Shown here: positions 21,771-32,094 of the stretch, one piece after another
How positions within the stretch are numbered: position 1 is the stretch's first letter
How the letters are laid out: each line of letters opens with the position of its first letter
Assembly (NCBI GenBank): GCA_963847705.1
Contig: CAWKBC010000027.1
Coordinates: forward strand, 288,001-352,000
Length of the DNA: 64,000 nucleotides
From: an uncultured Pseudomonadota bacterium
GTDB taxonomy: Bacteria; Myxococcota_A; Polyangia; Fen-1088
Direction of reading: 5' to 3'
The notes under the pieces: model-generated
Databases searched by the model: none
What the model was told of the DNA's origin: nothing
What the model saw: the letters and a program-made list of their open reading frames with translations, nothing else
Program-made: the position numbers and the translations under genes

Positions 21771-22673
21771 ATGGATCTCAACGAGATGGTGGTGTTCGCG
21801 CGGGTCGCTCTGACCGGCAGCTTCACGACCGCGGCGGCCGACCTGGGGATGCCGAAGTCGACCGTCAGCCGGAAGGTGACGGAGCTGGAAGCGCGGCTGA
21901 AGGCGCGCCTCCTCAATCGCACCACCCGCAAGGTGAGCCTGACCGACGTCGGCCGGACCTACTACGACCACTGCAGTCGCATCGTGGCCGAGATCGAGGA
22001 CGCCGAGCGCGCCGTCACCAACCTGCAGGAGGTCCCGCGCGGCACGCTGCGGGTGACCACCGGCCCGAACGTCGCTTTCTTGGCCCCGATTCTGAACGAC
22101 TACATGAAGCGCTATCCCGAGGTGCGGCTTGCGCTGTTCTGCACCGGTCGCACCGTCGACCTGATCGAGGAGCGGTTCGACGTGGCGATCCGGGCGGGCA
22201 CGCTGGGCGATTCGACGCTGATCGCCCGCAGCATCGGCCGGGTGAGGTGGTTCCTGGTCGGGGCGCCGGCCTATCTCAAGAAGCGCGGGCGCCCGCGCTC
22301 GATCGACGATCTGAAGCAGCACGACTGCATCATGTTCGGCACGCCCCCCGGCGGCGCGGCGCTGCGCCTCCAGAGCGGCGACAAGACCGCGCAGGTCACG
22401 CCGCCCGCGCGCCTGATGGTGAACGACTTCGATCTGGTCCACGCCGCGACCCTGGCAGGCCTGGGCCTCGGGCTCCTTCCCGCCTACCTCTGCCTGGACG
22501 ACATCCGGGGCAAGCGGCTCGAACGCGTGCTCCGCGACTGGGAAGCCCCCTCGGTGCCCGTTCACGTCGTCTACCCGAGCGCCCGCTACATCTCGCCCAA
22601 GGTGAAGACGTTCGTCGACCACCTGCAGGAGCGCACGACGCCGGCGCCCTGGGAGGTCGGCCCCATGCCGTGA
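21771..22673 (+). CDS. LysR family regulator (CrgA-like)
   Basis: GSFTTAAADLGMPKSTVSRKV HTH, LLNRTTRKVSLTD. Confidence 0.93.
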   Translation: MDLNEMVVFARVALTGSFTTAAADLGMPKSTVSRKVTELEARLKARLLNRTTRKVSLTDVGRTYYDHCSRIVAEIEDAERAVTNLQEVPRGTLRVTTGPNVAFLAPILNDYMKRYPEVRLALFCTGRTVDLIEERFDVAIRAGTLGDSTLIARSIGRVRWFLVGAPAYLKKRGRPRSIDDLKQHDCIMFGTPPGGAALRLQSGDKTAQVTPPARLMVNDFDLVHAATLAGLGLGLLPAYLCLDDIRGKRLERVLRDWEAPSVPVHVVYPSARYISPKVKTFVDHLQERTTPAPWEVGPMP

Positions 22674-22677
22674 GGTC

Positions 22678-23067
22678 CTACCGCCGCGCGTGAGGGAGGA
22701 TCGTCTCGGCGAGTCGCTGGCACCTGCTGTCGCACTCCGGGAACAGAATCAGGCGCTGGGCCTGGTCGATGCAGTGGTCGTGGAGGGCGCCCGCCTGTGC
22801 CGCGGGCGTCGTGCAGACGGCCTCCGCCTCGGCGAACGCGCGCTCGTAGCTCCGGCCGCGCTCGGCCGCCGGCAGCCCCTGGATGCTCCCGAGGTTCTGC
22901 ATCCAGTCGTGCGCCGCGATCGCAACGATCAGGAGCATCCAGCCGGCCAGGAGCGCTCCGCCCCAGCCGGCGCCCTTGCGCTCCTCCAGGAACGCGACGT
23001 GCGTTCGCGGGCCAGCGGGCAGGGGGCGGCACGACGAGATGGGGATGATTTCGAGACCATGGTCCAT
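22678..23067 (-). CDS. Hypothetical single-TM protein with four periplasmic Cys
   Basis: TM GALLAGWMLLIVAIAA, then C...C...FPECDSRC. Confidence 0.55.
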   Translation of the reverse strand: MDHGLEIIPISSCRPLPAGPRTHVAFLEERKGAGWGGALLAGWMLLIVAIAAHDWMQNLGSIQGLPAAERGRSYERAFAEAEAVCTTPAAQAGALHDHCIDQAQRLILFPECDSRCQRLAETILPHARR

Positions 23068-23220
23068 GGCTTGCCTCCGCGAGATGTCTGCGACGCAACG
23101 ACGCAACTGCAGAATCCGCGCCAACGATCGAGACCGCGCGCGCCCGATGACGCCAGGGCGATCTCCCTCACCGCATGCAGAATGCCGAGCGGTTCGTGGC
23201 CGCGACCTTGCGAACTCCCG

Positions 23221-23866
23221 TCAGTGGACAGTGAGACCGCTCATCACGGTCGGCAATACGTTGGAGATCCCTTCGACGATGAACTGGACCGCCGTGGCCG
23301 CCAGGATGAGGCCCATCACGCGCTGGAGGACGTTCATCCCCGTCCGGCCGAGCCGGCGCTCGACGTCGACCGCGGCGCGCAGGAAGCCGTAGGAGACGAG
23401 CGCGGTGAGAGCGACCGCGCCGAACACCACCACGTATTGCCAGGCCCGTTCGGCGCGCGAGACCAGAACCATGACCGTGGATGTGGCGCCCGGGCCCGCC
23501 AGCATCGGGATGGCCAGCGGAAAGATCGAGACGTCGGGGCTGTCCACCCCCTCGGCCTCCTCCTCGGGCGAGGTGCGCTGGCGGGACCGCTGGGCGCGGA
23601 GCATGTCCACGGCCAGGAGAAACAGCAGAACCCCGCCCGCGATGCGGAAGGCGCCCAGCGAGATGCCGAGCACCCGGAAGATGAGCCCGCCCAGCGCCCC
23701 GAACGCGGCGAGCACGAGCCCCGCCGCCAGCGCGGCGCGAAACGCGGTGCGCCGCCGGTACTCGACCGAGTCGGATTCTGGTCATCGACATGAACAGCGG
23801 AACGGCCGCGGGCGCGTCGACCACCAGCAGCAGGGTGGTCACGGTCGAAAACACGAAGGGGAGCAT
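23221..23866 (-). CDS. MarC family membrane protein with +1 frameshift at ~23777
   Basis: LLLVVD..AAVPLFMSMT in one frame; FRIAGG, PLAIPMLAGPG, RVMGLILAA in another; span 646 = 3n+1. Confidence 0.85.
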
Positions 23867-24280
23867 CTAGCGCTCGGTCATGCGCTCGAGGAGGCGTCCC
23901 AGCTCGGCGCGCTGGGCCTGGGTCAGGCGGGCCAGCCGCCGGGCGAAGGCGGCGTCGAGGATCTCGCGCGACGCCTCCATCGCCTTGCGACCCGAGGGGG
24001 TGAGGGTGAGGTGGAAGCGGCGCAGATCCTCGGACTGCGTCTCGCGCTTGACGAACCCCGCGGCCTCGACCCGCTTCACCAGGAAGGTCACGGTCGGCTT
24101 GGGCGTCATGAGCGCGCGGGCCAGCTGGGCCGGGCTGGGGTGCTCATCGAGCTTGCTGAGGAGAAGGAATTCCTTCATTTCGAGCCCGTGCCCTCGCACC
24201 AGCGGCTCGACCTCGCCCATGATCGAGATGAGCAGCTCGAAGTTGAGCGTCCAGAGCTGCCAGGGGGAGGTCTTTCGCAT
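23867..24280 (-). CDS. MarR family regulator
   Basis: PAQLARALMTPKPTVTFLVKRVE winged HTH, DLRRFHLTLTPSG. Confidence 0.88.
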   Translation of the reverse strand: MRKTSPWQLWTLNFELLISIMGEVEPLVRGHGLEMKEFLLLSKLDEHPSPAQLARALMTPKPTVTFLVKRVEAAGFVKRETQSEDLRRFHLTLTPSGRKAMEASREILDAAFARRLARLTQAQRAELGRLLERMTER

Positions 24281-24294
24281 GGGCGTGTTTACCC

Positions 24295-24353
24295 TTGACG
24301 GCGGGCCGACCGGGTATTAGTTTAAGATTAAACTGTTCCAGTTTGAACAGTTT
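24295..24353 (+). promoter_or_regulatory. Sigma70 promoter and inverted-repeat operator for the aldo/keto reductase
   Basis: TTGACG-N17-TAGTTT followed by AAACTGTTC-N6-GAACAGTTT. Confidence 0.7.
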
Positions 24354-24386
24354 TGTTCTGGAACCACTCTAGCACACAGGAGTCCC

Positions 24387-25472
24387 ATGCCTCTCGATCA
24401 CTACCTCACGCTCGGCCGCTCCGGCCTCCGGGTGAGCCCGCTCTGCCTGGGGACCATGACCTTCGGCGAGGACCTCGGCTGGGGCTCCAGCGTCGAGGAG
24501 TCTCAGCAGATCCTCGACCGGTTCATCGAGCTCGGCGGCAACTTCATCGATACCGCGAACTTCTACACCAAGGGCCACTCCGAGAAGATCATCGGGGACC
24601 ACCTGGGCCACGATCGCGCGCGCCGCGACCGGCTGGTGATCGCCACCAAGTTCAGCGGCAACCTCTATCCCGGCGATCCCAACGCCGGCGGCTCGGGGCG
24701 AAAGTCGATCGTCTCCGCCTGCGAGAACTCGCTGCGGCGGCTGCAGACCGACTACATCGACCTCTACTGGCTGCACAACTGGGACGTTCATACGCCGATC
24801 GAGGAGACGATGGCCGCCCTCGAGGACCTGGTGCGCGCCGGGAAGGTCCGTTACCTGGGCGTCTCCGACACGCCCGCCTGGAAGATCGCCGAGGCCAACG
24901 TGACGGCACGCTTTCGGGGTTGGTCGGCGTTCATCGGGCTGCAGATCGAGTACTCGCTGCTCGAGCGGACCGTCGAGCAGGAGCTCATTCCGATGGCGGG
25001 CGAGCTCGGCCTCGGCGTCACCCCCTGGTCACCGCTGAAGAGCGGCGCGCTGAGCGGCAAGTACCGGCGGGCCAACGCCGGGCAGCTGAAGGGCGACCGC
25101 GGGTTCTTTCTGGATCCGTTCCTCAACGACAAGACCTACGCCGTCGTGGAGGAGCTCGATGTGATCGCCAAGGCGCACGACAGCACGGTCGCCCGCGTGG
25201 CGCTGGCCTGGCTGCGGGTGCAGCCGGGGGTGAGCTCCACGATCGTCGGCGCGCGAAGGCTCACGCAGCTCGAAGACAACCTGAAGTCGCTCGACGTGAC
25301 CCTCTCCGCCGAAGAGCTCGGCCGCCTCGACACGCTCACCAAGCCGGCGTTCGGTTTTCCCCAGAACATGCAGGCGATGTTTCCGGCCATCCACAACGGC
25401 GGCACGAACGTGAACGGCCTCTTCGCCCCGACCTCGGGCTTCGTGCTGGAGAAGGGCGAAAAGCCCTACTGA
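24387..25472 (+). CDS. Aldo/keto reductase
   Basis: LCLGTMTFG, DTANFY, IATKF, DYIDLYWLH, WSPL. Confidence 0.93.
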   Translation: MPLDHYLTLGRSGLRVSPLCLGTMTFGEDLGWGSSVEESQQILDRFIELGGNFIDTANFYTKGHSEKIIGDHLGHDRARRDRLVIATKFSGNLYPGDPNAGGSGRKSIVSACENSLRRLQTDYIDLYWLHNWDVHTPIEETMAALEDLVRAGKVRYLGVSDTPAWKIAEANVTARFRGWSAFIGLQIEYSLLERTVEQELIPMAGELGLGVTPWSPLKSGALSGKYRRANAGQLKGDRGFFLDPFLNDKTYAVVEELDVIAKAHDSTVARVALAWLRVQPGVSSTIVGARRLTQLEDNLKSLDVTLSAEELGRLDTLTKPAFGFPQNMQAMFPAIHNGGTNVNGLFAPTSGFVLEKGEKPY

Positions 25473-25511
25473 AGGCTCAGGCCTCGAGCATCGGGGTGCC
25501 TGCTGTGGGCC

Positions 25512-27299
25512 CTACCGCGGCAGCGATTCGCGCAGCCGGGCGAGGCGTGCGGTCGCCTCGCGATCGCCGGCGCCGCTCTTGATCTCCTTGTCGAGCGCGG
25601 GAGTCGCCTCGGCGCCGTAGATGTCGCGGATGGCGCGCGCGGCGGACCGCGCGGCGGCCGGATGCGCGGCGGCCTTGAGCAGATCGGCGAGCATCTGCGG
25701 GTCACCCCGACTGGTCGAATCGACGTGGTCGGCCCGGACGTACCGGTCGACGGAGTCGCTGTACCAATCGAGCTCGGCGTAAGCGTGTCCCAGCAGCAGC
25801 CAGGGGCGCGGGTCACCGGGATTTCCGTGCGCGAATTCGTACACCGGGGCCAGCGCCCGCTGGGTGAGGTGCGCGCCCTTGTTGAGCCGGTCGTGGATCG
25901 GCCGCAGGGCGCGGGGAACGGACGCCTTCCAGGGATTGTGGGCGGCGGGGCGCGCCTTCCGCTGTCTCTCCGGCTGCTCCGGCTGCTCCGTTGGCGCTTC
26001 GTTGTCGGCGTGCGCTTGGGCCTCCGCCGGCGGTTTGGTCGGCGCGGGATTCGGTTTCGGCGACGCAGGCAGCTCCGACGTCGGCACAGGCGAGGGCGAC
26101 GGCAGCTTCGATGTTTGCGCAGGGGAGGGCACCGGCGGCGCCAGCGAGGGCTTTGGAGACGGCTCCGCAGGCGGCGCGACCTTGGGAGCCGGCGGCTCGG
26201 CGGTCAGCGCGGCGGTCTCGACCGGCGCCGCCCGCTCACGCCGCAGGTAGGTCGCCACCGCCCCGATTCCCGCCGCGAACGCCAGCACCGCGAGCGCGCG
26301 GCGCCCCCAGCGCGCGCCCGCCGGGGTCACGCTGTGCGCGCCGCTGGTCGGATTCCTTCGCCCCTCACCGCCCCGGGCCAGCGCGGCCACGACCTTCCGC
26401 TTGGTCATGACGGTCTCCAGCTCGGCCAGCAGCGCCCCCGCGTCCGCGAATCGCTCGGCGGGCTTCTTCGCCATCGCCCGCTCGATCAACGCCTGGAAGA
26501 GCCGCCCCGCCGGAATCTTGGGCCGCAACTTCGCCAGCGACGGGACCGGCTGGGTGAGGTGGGCGCCCAGGTAGCCCTCGTAGCTGTCGGCCAGGAACGG
26601 ACGCCGTCCGGTGAGCAGCTCGAACAGCAAAATGCCGGCGGTGTAGACGTCGCTCCGCGCGTCGACCGTGCCGGCCTTCACCTGCTCGGGGGACATGTAG
26701 GCCGGCGTTCCGAACACGATCCCGGCGCGCGTCAGGTTCTCGGGCACGGTGCGCGAGCCCGACCCCTCGAGAAACTTCGCCATCCCGAAGTCGAGCAGCC
26801 GCACGTGATCCGCCTGATCCGGCAGCGCCTGCAGGAAGACGTTGGCCGGCTTCAGATCGCGGTGGACGATCCCCTTGCCGTGCGCGAAGGCGAGCCCGCG
26901 CAGCGTCTGCCGGAAGATGTCCAGCGTGCGCCCGAGCGGCAGCGGCTCTGGCTCTTCCTTGATCAGCTCGCCCAGCGTCTTGCCCTGCAAGAGCTCCATC
27001 ACCAGGAACGGCACGCCGCCATCGATTCCGAAGTCCGTCACCGGGACGACGTTGGGGTGCGCCAGCGCCGACAGCGCCTTGGCCTCCCGCTCGAACCGCC
27101 GGCGCCATTCCGGGATACCGGCCGCATCCTGATGAAGCACCTTGATCGCCACGAACCGCCCGAGATGCGTCTGCCGCCCACGGTAGACGACCCCCACGCC
27201 GCCTTCGCCGAGGCGCCCCAGCACCTCGTAGCGTCCGTCCAGCGTCCGTCCGATGAGCGGATCGGTTTGCGGATCGGACTTGGACAGATCGACGCCCAC
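25512..27299 (-). CDS. Membrane Ser/Thr protein kinase with Pro-rich linker and C-terminal TPR
   Basis: GEGGVG, VAIK, HRDLKPAN, DFG, GTPAYMSPE, TM segment. Confidence 0.92.
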   Translation of the reverse strand: MGVDLSKSDPQTDPLIGRTLDGRYEVLGRLGEGGVGVVYRGRQTHLGRFVAIKVLHQDAAGIPEWRRRFEREAKALSALAHPNVVPVTDFGIDGGVPFLVMELLQGKTLGELIKEEPEPLPLGRTLDIFRQTLRGLAFAHGKGIVHRDLKPANVFLQALPDQADHVRLLDFGMAKFLEGSGSRTVPENLTRAGIVFGTPAYMSPEQVKAGTVDARSDVYTAGILLFELLTGRRPFLADSYEGYLGAHLTQPVPSLAKLRPKIPAGRLFQALIERAMAKKPAERFADAGALLAELETVMTKRKVVAALARGGEGRRNPTSGAHSVTPAGARWGRRALAVLAFAAGIGAVATYLRRERAAPVETAALTAEPPAPKVAPPAEPSPKPSLAPPVPSPAQTSKLPSPSPVPTSELPASPKPNPAPTKPPAEAQAHADNEAPTEQPEQPERQRKARPAAHNPWKASVPRALRPIHDRLNKGAHLTQRALAPVYEFAHGNPGDPRPWLLLGHAYAELDWYSDSVDRYVRADHVDSTSRGDPQMLADLLKAAAHPAAARSAARAIRDIYGAEATPALDKEIKSGAGDREATARLARLRESLPR

Positions 27300-27436
27300 C
27301 GGGCGCGACTATAGCGCGGGTCAGGGGCTGGTTCGCAGCCATCCCCGCTTCGCCGGCGCTGCGGGGACGCGACGTCGCTGGGATGCGCGCATTCTCGTGC
27401 AAGACGCCGCGGTGAAGTCGGTTTATCATCCGACTC

Positions 27437-28258
27437 TTGCGGCCCCTGGCTCGTCCGTCGCTGCTGCTGTCGGTGTCGTGGGTGGTGGCTGTCTGGGTCA
27501 TCCCGCTCTCCGGCACGGCCGCGCCATCGAAGCCGTCGCTCTCCAGCTGGACGAAGGCCAAGCACGGCAAGGTGCTGGTTCCGGCGAAGCCGCAGCCGGC
27601 CAGGGCGTCGCAAGCGACGAAGGCACCACCGGCAGGGAAAGCTCCGCCGGCAGAAAAGGCGCCGCCACCGGTGCTGGCATCGCGGCCCCCGACCGCCAGC
27701 GCCGGTTCGAGATCGAAGTCGAAATCCGAGGGCCCCAGCATCAACGGAAAGGTCGCGGTGTTCGGGTTCACGGGCGAGGGCGCCGCGCGCGTCCAGCAGG
27801 TCGTCGTCAGCACGCTGCGCACGCGCGGCCTGCAGGTCACGACGACGCTGCGTCCCGTCGACAGCGCCGAGCAATACCGCGAGATGGCCGCCACGCTGCA
27901 GCTCGCCGCCTACATCGACGGCGCGGTCGGCGGCGCCGGGGCACGCGGGCAGGCGACCGTGCACCTCCGCAGCGGCGTCACGGGGCGGCGGATCGCCTCG
28001 ATCCGGTTCTCCGGCGACCGCGGTGCGCTGGCCGACGACGTCGGCAGCGGGCTCTGGCCGCGGACGGGGTCTCAGCTCACGCGCCTCTGCGCGGCGGCCG
28101 CCAGGCCGCGCAAGGGGGGCCGGCGCGCGCTGCGCATCGACGCCGGGACGCAGATCGAGCCGGCCGCGGATCCCGATTCCGCGATCCCCGCCCACCTGCG
28201 CAACGATCCGCCCACGGGCCGCCGCAAGGACGATCCGTGGGCCGACGAAGGAACCTAG
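27437..28258 (+). CDS. Hypothetical exported protein
   Basis: Signal peptide, Pro/Lys linker, alpha/beta domain beginning KVAVFGFTG. Confidence 0.65.
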   Translation: MRPLARPSLLLSVSWVVAVWVIPLSGTAAPSKPSLSSWTKAKHGKVLVPAKPQPARASQATKAPPAGKAPPAEKAPPPVLASRPPTASAGSRSKSKSEGPSINGKVAVFGFTGEGAARVQQVVVSTLRTRGLQVTTTLRPVDSAEQYREMAATLQLAAYIDGAVGGAGARGQATVHLRSGVTGRRIASIRFSGDRGALADDVGSGLWPRTGSQLTRLCAAAARPRKGGRRALRIDAGTQIEPAADPDSAIPAHLRNDPPTGRRKDDPWADEGT

Positions 28259-28416
28259 TCCGTCTCGGAGGTTGCGGGGCCGCGCGTTCCCGGTGAATGT
28301 CGCGCCAGTTGCCGCGCGGTCCTCAGGTTTTTGAGGGGCAGGGGCGGGGCGGCCTGCGGAGCGCCCGAGAATCTGGCCCTGGCACGCTGGTCCGCCGCTT
28401 GCTTTGACGGCTCGGC

Positions 28417-29290
28417 ATGCGATCACTCCTGCTGCTCTCGATCTTCCTGGCCGCCGCGACGGCTTGCAATCAGTCGCTGACCCACGACATGACCGGAACC
28501 GGCGGAGCCCCTTCAGGCTCCGGCGGTGGGGCCGGGGGGACCGGCCCGGGCAGCGGCGGCTCTGGCGGGAGCGCCTCGGTTTGCAACGCGCTGGTCGCCG
28601 AGTATCAATCGGCCGTCACCGCCGCCGAGACCTGCCAGGTCGGAGCCAGCGGCCAGTGCCAACAGAATCGTCACCGGGAGCCTGTCCGGCTGCTCGTGCC
28701 CGATTCACGTCACGGACAGTTCGGCGCTCTCCACGATCGAGGGGGCCTGGCAGGCGGCCGGCTGCGCGGGGACGGTGCCGGAAGCGACCTGCGAGCTCGG
28801 TTGTCCGGTCGCCGTCACGCTCAACACCACCTGCGTGTCGACCGACGGCGGCAGCGCCGGCTTCTGTTCGTACGTATCTGGCACCGGCGGAATCAGTGGT
28901 GCCACGGGGGGCACCAGCGGCGGCACGGGCGGCACCACGGGCTCCGGTGGCTCGGCGGGGGACGGCGGCCTCAGCACCTGCGGCACCCTCGTGTCCGAAT
29001 ACGCGGCGGTGTTGCTCGGCGCCAAGAGTTGCACCGCGGGTGCCACCGGCCAATGCGCCCAGCAGGTCCCCGCCGGCCTCTCGCCCTGCAACACGGGCTG
29101 CACGGTGTTCGTGACCGACAGCAGCGTCCTCGGCAGCATCCAGCACCAGTGGGAGGCGGCCGGCTGCGGAGACGGGGCGTTTGCTTGCCCGGCCATCGCC
29201 TGCGCACCGGCCGCGAGCGCCACCTGCGTTTCGAGCGACGCGGGCGGCTCCGTCTGCTCGACGAGCTACGGGACGTTCACGGCCAACTGA
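28417..29290 (+). CDS. Cys-rich two-repeat lipoprotein with +1 frameshift at ~28666
   Basis: Lipobox ATAC; duplicated domain C..LV.EY...A..C..GA.GQC.Q; span 874 = 3n+1. Confidence 0.75.
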
Positions 29291-29390
29291 GTTGGCCCTG
29301 GTCGTCCGACTCCACGCCACCCCGACGTCCGGGGTTGGGGCAAGGCTGGCGGTCGCGCGTTGGGGTGCGTCCGGGGTGTAACCTTCCCCC

Positions 29391-29732
29391 GTGGCTCTTT
29401 CGGCGGCGCGCGCGCGCAAGCTGCTCCTTCGCTTCGACAACGTCAGCGAGGCTCCGCACTTCGATCGGGTGGCGTTCAGAACGCCTCGGCGGATCTTCGC
29501 GACGCTGGCGGGCGATGGCCGCGATGTGAACTTCATGTTCGACCCGCTCGCGCAGGAGACCTTCTGCGAAATGGCGCCCGCCGCCCTGGCGCCGGTTCCT
29601 GGCGGCTGGGGCCGGATGGGCGCGACCCGTTGCGACTTGAAGAAGGTCGACGAGCCGCTCTTCGTCGCGGCCTCGGAGGCCGCCCACGCCCGGGCGAGCC
29701 AGCCCCGGAAGAGCGCGGGCGCGAAGCGTTGA
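29391..29732 (+). CDS. MmcQ/YjbR family protein
   Basis: EAPHFDRVAFR..RIFATL, VPGGWGRMGAT. Confidence 0.8.
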   Translation: MALSAARARKLLLRFDNVSEAPHFDRVAFRTPRRIFATLAGDGRDVNFMFDPLAQETFCEMAPAALAPVPGGWGRMGATRCDLKKVDEPLFVAASEAAHARASQPRKSAGAKR

Positions 29733-29954
29733 CAGCACAGGCGGTGTGCGCGATTCACCGGCTACTTGGGTGTGCGCCGCCGCGATAAACACGTTCATCA
29801 GATAGCCGAGCTCCTGGTTGCGCTCGCAGAAGAGCGCGGGATCGCTCTGTCGCGGCTCGGTCATCGCCTGCTCGAAGAGCGGCGCCACCGGCAGGCCTTC
29901 ATCGCCGAGTGGACCTTTCCGCAGTCCATCACGCGCACGCGTCGGCCGACGCGA

Positions 29955-30347
29955 TCACCACTTCTTCAGTTGCGTCACCTGCACCAGGTTGCCGCACCCG
30001 TCGCGCAGGATCGCGATGGTCGCGTACCCCACGTCCTTCGGCGGCTCGGTGAACTCCGCGCCGCGCGCTTTCATGCGGTCGTAGTCGGCCGCGAGGTTGT
30101 CGGTGAAGAACATGGTCGCGGTCTGGTTCTGCTGGAACTTCGCCTGCTGGTAGGCCTTGTCGGCGGGGTTGTTGTTGAGCGCCAGCAGCAGCTCGGTGCC
30201 TTCCGGTTCCTCGGGCGAGGCCACCGTGAGCCAGCGGAACGGTCCGTTGGTGTAGTCCGCCTTCTTCACGAAGCCGAGCACCTCCGTGTAAAAGCGCAGG
30301 GCCTTGTCCTGGTCGTCGACGTACACGCTGGTCAGTTTGATCTTCAT
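29955..30347 (-). CDS. VOC/glyoxalase family protein
   Basis: VYVDDQDKALRFYTEVLGF, RWLTV, DGCGNLVQ. Confidence 0.9.
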   Translation of the reverse strand: MKIKLTSVYVDDQDKALRFYTEVLGFVKKADYTNGPFRWLTVASPEEPEGTELLLALNNNPADKAYQQAKFQQNQTATMFFTDNLAADYDRMKARGAEFTEPPKDVGYATIAILRDGCGNLVQVTQLKKW

Positions 30348-30472
30348 GATGGCTCCCTCCGATCTCGATGACGAAACTTAACGCAAGAATGTGACCGCGC
30401 GCGGCACCCCCTCTGAAAAGCGAACGGCCGCCCTCAGCGAGCGGCCGTGAATTCATTTTCGACTGTAACGGA

Positions 30473-30916
30473 TCAGTGGAACGAGTGTTTCAGCGTGCTC
30501 ATCGAGTGATGCGTCCGTTCCTGCGCCGGCAGAACCTCGGACTCGATCACCGCGCGGGCCGTCGCATCGAGCTTCCCCATCTCGTCGCGATAGAGCTTGA
30601 GCCCGCGATCCTCCCCGGCCTCCAGCGCCGAGATGGCCGCCTTTTCGCCGAAGACCTTGGCGCTCCCCTCGACCAGGTTGGCAAACGCGCCCCAGGCGCC
30701 CGACCCCTCTTCCGGCGTCCCGCCCAGACGCATCACTTCCTGCCGAAGCCGCTCCACCCGCTGCTCGTGGGAGCGGCGGCATTGTTCCAGCTCCACGCGT
30801 GCCGGGCTGGTCTGGAGCTTGTCCAGCGCCTGCCGGTAGGTCTCCACGGCGGAGATCTCTCCCCGTAGAAATCCATTCAGCGTGGCGACGGTCGCATTCT
30901 GCGTTGTGTTTTGCAT
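30473..30916 (-). CDS. Ferritin-like DUF2383/PA2169 family protein
   Basis: LNGFLRGEISAVETYRQAL...SH...LEAGEDRGLKLY. Confidence 0.8.
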   Translation of the reverse strand: MQNTTQNATVATLNGFLRGEISAVETYRQALDKLQTSPARVELEQCRRSHEQRVERLRQEVMRLGGTPEEGSGAWGAFANLVEGSAKVFGEKAAISALEAGEDRGLKLYRDEMGKLDATARAVIESEVLPAQERTHHSMSTLKHSFH

Positions 30917-31217
30917 CCGTTGTCCTCCTTGTCGACGAAGGTAGGCATGCGTAGCGCATGGGCAACCACAGCCGTGGGCGATTGGAAACCGTCGGCGCGG
31001 GGCCAGAAACAACACCACCGTCGCGATCGCCGCGGGCGGCGCCCAGTCGGCGCGGGGCCGCTCCGGCCCGAGCGCCGGCGGGCAAAGTTGACTCCGTCCG
31101 CCGGAACTGGAACGATCGCCACTGCCGTTGGGAAGGGGGTCTCGCCGGCGCGAGGGACCCCTATGTCAAACGACGTCGATATCTCCGCGGTGGCGGCCAC
31201 CTGCAGGGCAGCGCCAG

Positions 31218-31553
31218 ATGCGTGAGTTCGCCGCGCGACCCGCGCGCGCTCCCATCGAGATGCGGGTCGACCTGAAGACCGGCGACGAGACGTTCGCGGC
31301 GACGACCAAGAACCTCGGCGTGGGCGGCGTGTTCGTGGCGACCGACCGACGGTTCAGCGTCGGCGACCAGGTCACCGTCGAGCTCTCGCTGCCCGGTCAC
31401 GTCCGGCCCATCCCGGTCGGCGCCGAGGTTCGGTGGATCCAGATGGCCGACGATCGACCGTTCGGGTTGGGCCTGCGGTTCCTGCGTCCGTCGCTGGGGC
31501 TCACCGTCGCGATTCACGGGCTGCTGCAGAACGCGACCGGCTCGCGGGGCTGA
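31218..31553 (+). CDS. Stand-alone PilZ domain protein (start uncertain)
   Basis: R...R motif, NLGVGGVFV, AEVRW, GLGLRF. Confidence 0.8.
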   Translation: MREFAARPARAPIEMRVDLKTGDETFAATTKNLGVGGVFVATDRRFSVGDQVTVELSLPGHVRPIPVGAEVRWIQMADDRPFGLGLRFLRPSLGLTVAIHGLLQNATGSRG

Positions 31554-31559
31554 CGATGC

Positions 31560-32018
31560 CTACGGCTTCCAGTCGCCGGCCACGGTGCCGGCGCCGATGT
31601 TCAGCCGGTTCCAGACGTTGATCTGGGAGATCGCCAGGATGAGCGCCGCCATCTTCGGCTCGTCGTAGTGGCGGGCGGCCTCCTTCCAGACCGCGTCGGG
31701 CACCGGGTCGCTGGTGTCGGCGAGGCGGGTGAGCGCCTCGGTCAGCTCCAGCGCCGCGCGTTCGGCGTCGGTGTAGTAGGGGGAGTGGCGCCAGCCCGGA
31801 AGCGAGATGACGCGTTCGAGATCCTCCCCGTTCCGTTTCATGATCCGGCAGTGGCCAAACAGGCAGACGCCGCAACCGTTGATCTGACTGGCGCGCGCCT
31901 CGACGAGGCTGAGCGTGGCGGCCGGGAGGCCGGCCTTCTCGATGGCGGCGCCCAGCGCCTGCAGCGCGGCCATGGCTTCGGGGATGACGAGCGCGGGGTT
32001 CTGCATACGTGCTTGCAT
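31560..32018 (-). CDS. Carboxymuconolactone decarboxylase/AhpD family protein
   Basis: RASQINGCGVC, ERAALELTEA, INVWNRLN. Confidence 0.9.
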   Translation of the reverse strand: MQARMQNPALVIPEAMAALQALGAAIEKAGLPAATLSLVEARASQINGCGVCLFGHCRIMKRNGEDLERVISLPGWRHSPYYTDAERAALELTEALTRLADTSDPVPDAVWKEAARHYDEPKMAALILAISQINVWNRLNIGAGTVAGDWKP

Positions 32019-32032
32019 GATCTTCTTCTCCT

Positions 32033-32094
32033 TGTCACATCGGACTCTGTCGGTCCGTCACCCCGATGACGGCGAGAGAGAAGGGAATGTGACG
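32033..32094. promoter_or_regulatory. Two opposed ECF41-type promoters
   Basis: Plus strand TGTCACA-N16-CGTC (32033-32059); minus strand CGTCACA-N16-CGTC (32094-32068). Confidence 0.8.

Noticed and set aside
21741-24353. Shared CTGTTC/GAACAG half-sites at the lysR and marR divergons as one regulon
   Set aside because: Spacers differ (8 vs 6 bp) and each site has its own adjacent regulator
31163-31225. Upstream ATG with RBS as the frameshifted true start of the PilZ gene
   Set aside because: Possible (+1 offset), but no conserved sequence to support it
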